A DNA stretch of 64,000 nt from Saccharolobus islandicus REY15A (GTDB lineage Archaea > Thermoproteota > Thermoprotei_A > Sulfolobales > Sulfolobaceae), in NCBI RefSeq assembly GCF_000189555.1, contig NC_017276.1; one strand, written 5' to 3'. Position 1 is the stretch's first letter. Each line of letters begins with the position of its first letter. Below, in pieces: positions 62,724 to 64,000 of this stretch. The notes beneath the pieces were generated by a model. That model was not told the DNA's origin and ran no database searches. It worked only from the letters and a program-made list of their open reading frames with translations. Position numbers and translations under genes: made by a program.

Positions 62724-64000
62724 AAGAAGAATTAAATTGGCTAGCATAATCTCATATGATTTCTTGTTTCTAGTTTTACTATCGGGTTTACTAGATTTAA
62801 TCATTACGTTATTTAGAGAACGAATTCTATACGTAATTTCTAGTTTCTTTCAATATATAGTAATCAACCCTTCAGTAGCTCTTGGAGACGCATTAGGTTT
62901 TCTATTTGTCCTTCAAGCATCGCTTTTAGGTCTATTTATTGGTGGTATAGTTATTTTAAGTATAAGTTTTACAATAAATTTAACGCGGATAAGGAGTGAA
63001 TATGAAGAGGGTGTTCCTTTATCAACTATTCTGAAGTCTAGGATAATTACAAGCAGTAGATTAGGTTTCATAGCAAATTGGATAAGCGAGCGTACTAAGA
63101 GGTATATTAACGCAAGTGCTGACTTAGAAAGTCCTACTGAAGTCGGTGTTAGATACGTCGCATATTTTTTGATCTCATTACTTCTCGTAATACCGATATC
63201 ACTAGCACTAAGTATAATATTACTGTCTCCACTACCATTTCTATTATTACTTTTTCCGTTCATTTTTGTCTTTTATCCAGAACAGAAATACAAAAGTAGG
63301 GCTAGGGAAGTAAGAGACAGCATCCAAGATGAGATCCCTTTCTTTGTGACCTTAATTACTATCATTAACGCCAGCGGTACGACTATATATGAGGGAATGA
63401 GAAAAATTGTGCAGTTTCCATTATTTAAAGCTATGAAAAAGGAAGCATTGCTCATTATAAGAGATATAGATTTCTTCGGAAAATCTCCACTTGACGCTTT
63501 AGAGCATAGAGCTCGATTAACGTTTAATAGAGATTACTCTTGGTTTTTGGCAGGTTATACTTCGATTATAAGGAGTGGTGGCGATATTGAAGCATACCTT
63601 TTTCAAAAGGCTAGAGAATTTCTTAATTGGCTCCAGTTTCGTTGGAGGTTTTACTCAGAAAGAACCTCATTCCTAGGAGAATTAATAGTAATCCTATTCC
63701 TCATTTTCCCCATGTTCTTAATTGTATTAGCGTTCTTCACAAATGGTGCAGTTATATCGTTCTTGCTTGTAATACCAATATTATTTGGTACAATATTATA
63801 CACAATTACAGCTAGCAATAGACCTAGATATATGGATAATATAGGTCTTAACAAGATAAAGCTGTTAATGGCCTTTCTTGCTGCACTTCTAATAGCGGGA
63901 ACAGTTGAAATATTTCTTAATGAAATATATTACGCAATTGGTTTAGGACTATTGGTGTTCTCTATAACCTCAACAATATTCATGTACAACCAAATAAGAG
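62716..64000 (+). CDS. basF: Type II secretion system F/TadC-like membrane platform protein (BasF-like), 3' partial
   Basis: GTG at 62716 overlaps the ATPase stop; frame appears open to the window edge (so absent from the track); multi-TM with DEIPFFVT...GKSPLDAL. Confidence 0.85.
   Translation, partial: MTERRIKLASIISYDFLFLVLLSGLLDLIITLFRERILYVISSFFQYIVINPSVALGDALGFLFVLQASLLGLFIGGIVILSISFTINLTRIRSEYEEGVPLSTILKSRIITSSRLGFIANWISERTKRYINASADLESPTEVGVRYVAYFLISLLLVIPISLALSIILLSPLPFLLLLFPFIFVFYPEQKYKSRAREVRDSIQDEIPFFVTLITIINASGTTIYEGMRKIVQFPLFKAMKKEALLIIRDIDFFGKSPLDALEHRARLTFNRDYSWFLAGYTSIIRSGGDIEAYLFQKAREFLNWLQFRWRFYSERTSFLGELIVILFLIFPMFLIVLAFFTNGAVISFLLVIPILFGTILYTITASNRPRYMDNIGLNKIKLLMAFLAALLIAGTVEIFLNEIYYAIGLGLLVFSITSTIFMYNQIR

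Overview
An AT-rich archaeal chromosomal window, almost certainly Sulfolobaceae (Saccharolobus/Sulfolobus-like; inferred from leaderless genes with TATA boxes at about -25, ISC-type insertion elements, a merRHAI locus and a bas-type pilin cluster). In order it encodes: (i) a redox block: OFOR beta subunit, fused EtfBA/FixAB, FixC, FixX, a stand-alone PPDK nucleotide-binding domain, a formate-dehydrogenase-like operon and a Tat-exported sulfite-oxidase-family Mo enzyme with a membrane partner; (ii) channels and a membrane-anchored double-AAA ATPase operon; (iii) an intact IS200/IS605 element (tnpA+tnpB); (iv) an amine/amino-acid catabolic cluster: two APC permeases, two class III aminotransferases, a metallophosphoesterase plus a broken paralog, and an amidohydrolase; (v) MFS and sugar ABC transporters and housekeeping enzymes; (vi) a three-layer nested insertion (GYD gene < tnpB-only IS < ISC1200-like IS) with boundaries resolvable to the base; (vii) peptidases, the mer operon with its operator, a candidate C/D sRNA and the bindosome-type pilin/ATPase cluster, which runs off the right edge. 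No CRISPR array, rRNA or tRNA was seen. Most notable observations: a shared GATTTGGG(C/A)AAAA element directly upstream of four TATA boxes; a probably immobilised but intact TnpB; guide/target covariation between the two IS ends; a thiolase-fold protein with no cysteine; a C2H2-finger/diiron-fold protein paired with a Ta0938-like protein; and a K+-channel homolog with a TVGLY filter. All family assignments come from motif recognition by eye, not from database searches.
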